Positions 43,598-44,212 of a DNA stretch of 44,212 nt are shown piece after piece. The stretch spans positions 1 through 44,212 of the forward strand of contig CAYZVT010000001.1 of the NCBI GenBank assembly GCA_964481585.1, read 5' to 3'. A model generated the notes under the pieces. The model saw nothing but the letters and a program-made list of their open reading frames with translations, was not told the origin of the DNA and ran no database searches. The stretch is from an uncultured Pirellulales bacterium (lineage in GTDB: Bacteria; Planctomycetota; Planctomycetia; Pirellulales; CAYZVT01). The stretch's first letter is position 1. Every line of letters begins with the position of its first letter. A program made the position numbers and the translations under genes.

Positions 43598-44212
43598 GAC
43601 GCCGCGCGACCGACGATCAAAGCAGCTTGGAACTGCTGCTCGACACGATCACAAATACGTTTGGCGGGGTGTTGTTCATTGCAATCCTGATCGCGATCTT
43701 GCTGCAACTCAGCGGCCGCATTGAGCGCGAAGCGCCGCAGCCGGTGCCGCAGGCCGAGTTGATCGCGCTGCGGCAGCAATTGGCCGACGCGCAAGCGGCG
43801 CTTGGGGCGCTGCGCGCGGCCGTGGAAGCCCAGGAGCAGGTAGCCGCCGATTTCAGCCCGCAGGCACTCAGCGACCAGGCGCGCGAGGTAGAGGCGCTGG
43901 AGCAGCAGCGCGACGCGCTGCGGACGAAGCGGCTGGCGCTGCTGGAACAACTGAGCGGGCTGCATGTGGAGTCGGGGGCGATTGCCGCCGAGTTGGAAAG
44001 ACTCGCTGCGGAGCAGGCGACCGTTGCCGAAGCGGTACGCCAGGCCGAGGCGGCACTACGGAGCGAGGTGGAGCAGCGCTCCGTCGCCGGACGATTGCCC
44101 AAAACCCGCCCCACCTACAAGCGCGAAGTGGCATGCCTCGTGCGGCACGGGCGGCTGTACTCGTACTTCCAAAACCCGCCCCAAAGGATGGTCGAGTCGC
44201 CCGTCGCGGAGC
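43594..44212 (+). CDS. second ExbD/TolR-like coiled-coil protein (paralogous architecture), 3' partial
   Basis: Not in the ORF track because it has no stop within the window. My translation from ATG 43594 (ATGA overlap with the previous stop) is open to the window end: MRRRATDDQSSLELLLDTITNTFGGVLFIAILIAILL, followed by coiled coil. Confidence 0.6.
   Translation, partial: MRRRATDDQSSLELLLDTITNTFGGVLFIAILIAILLQLSGRIEREAPQPVPQAELIALRQQLADAQAALGALRAAVEAQEQVAADFSPQALSDQAREVEALEQQRDALRTKRLALLEQLSGLHVESGAIAAELERLAAEQATVAEAVRQAEAALRSEVEQRSVAGRLPKTRPTYKREVACLVRHGRLYSYFQNPPQRMVESPVAE

Noticed and set aside
41872-44212. Zorya-type anti-phage system (ZorAB), or an ordinary Tol/Ton/Mot stator
   Set aside because: The MotA-like protein lacks the long ZorA C-terminal tail. 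The ExbD-like proteins have no OmpA/peptidoglycan-binding domain. No ZorC/D/E, TonB/TolA, TolB/Pal or flagellar genes are present. Only the stator fold is shared.

Overview
The window is 44.2 kb and high-GC (hand-counted 60-nt windows are mostly 60-75% GC). The gene content points to Planctomycetota, probably Pirellulales-like: DUF1559 pseudopilin-like proteins with an H-X9-DG tail, a DUF1592/DUF1552 pair, PEP-CTERM proteins, and ECF sigma/FecR pairs. I found no rRNA, tRNA, CRISPR array, transposase or integrase.

Left 31.5 kb: three minus-strand iterations of one cassette (ECF sigma, FecR-type anti-sigma, PEP-CTERM surface protein, small lipoprotein and/or DUF1559, plus an accessory enzyme such as GH32). 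Between them lie a DUF1592/DUF1552 pair, a pectate-lyase-fold protein and a PoxB-like TPP enzyme. The last two genes are bracketed by a composite intergenic repeat family.

Right 12 kb (32150 to the window end): a tightly packed plus-strand operon of at least 8 genes. It encodes a bitopic J-like protein lacking the HPD motif, a Zn-ribbon TRAFAC-type GTPase, and a GAP1-like bitopic protein with a strikingly low-GC C-terminal module. These are followed by a 972-aa helical bitopic protein, a GYF-GYF membrane protein split by a frameshift at a (GCCG)3 tract, a MotA/TolQ/ExbB channel, and two paralogous ExbD-like proteins with coiled-coil stalks. I consider this operon the candidate undescribed system: a GTP-gated, proton-motive-force-coupled trans-envelope machine.

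All functional calls come from motif reading by eye. No database search was run.
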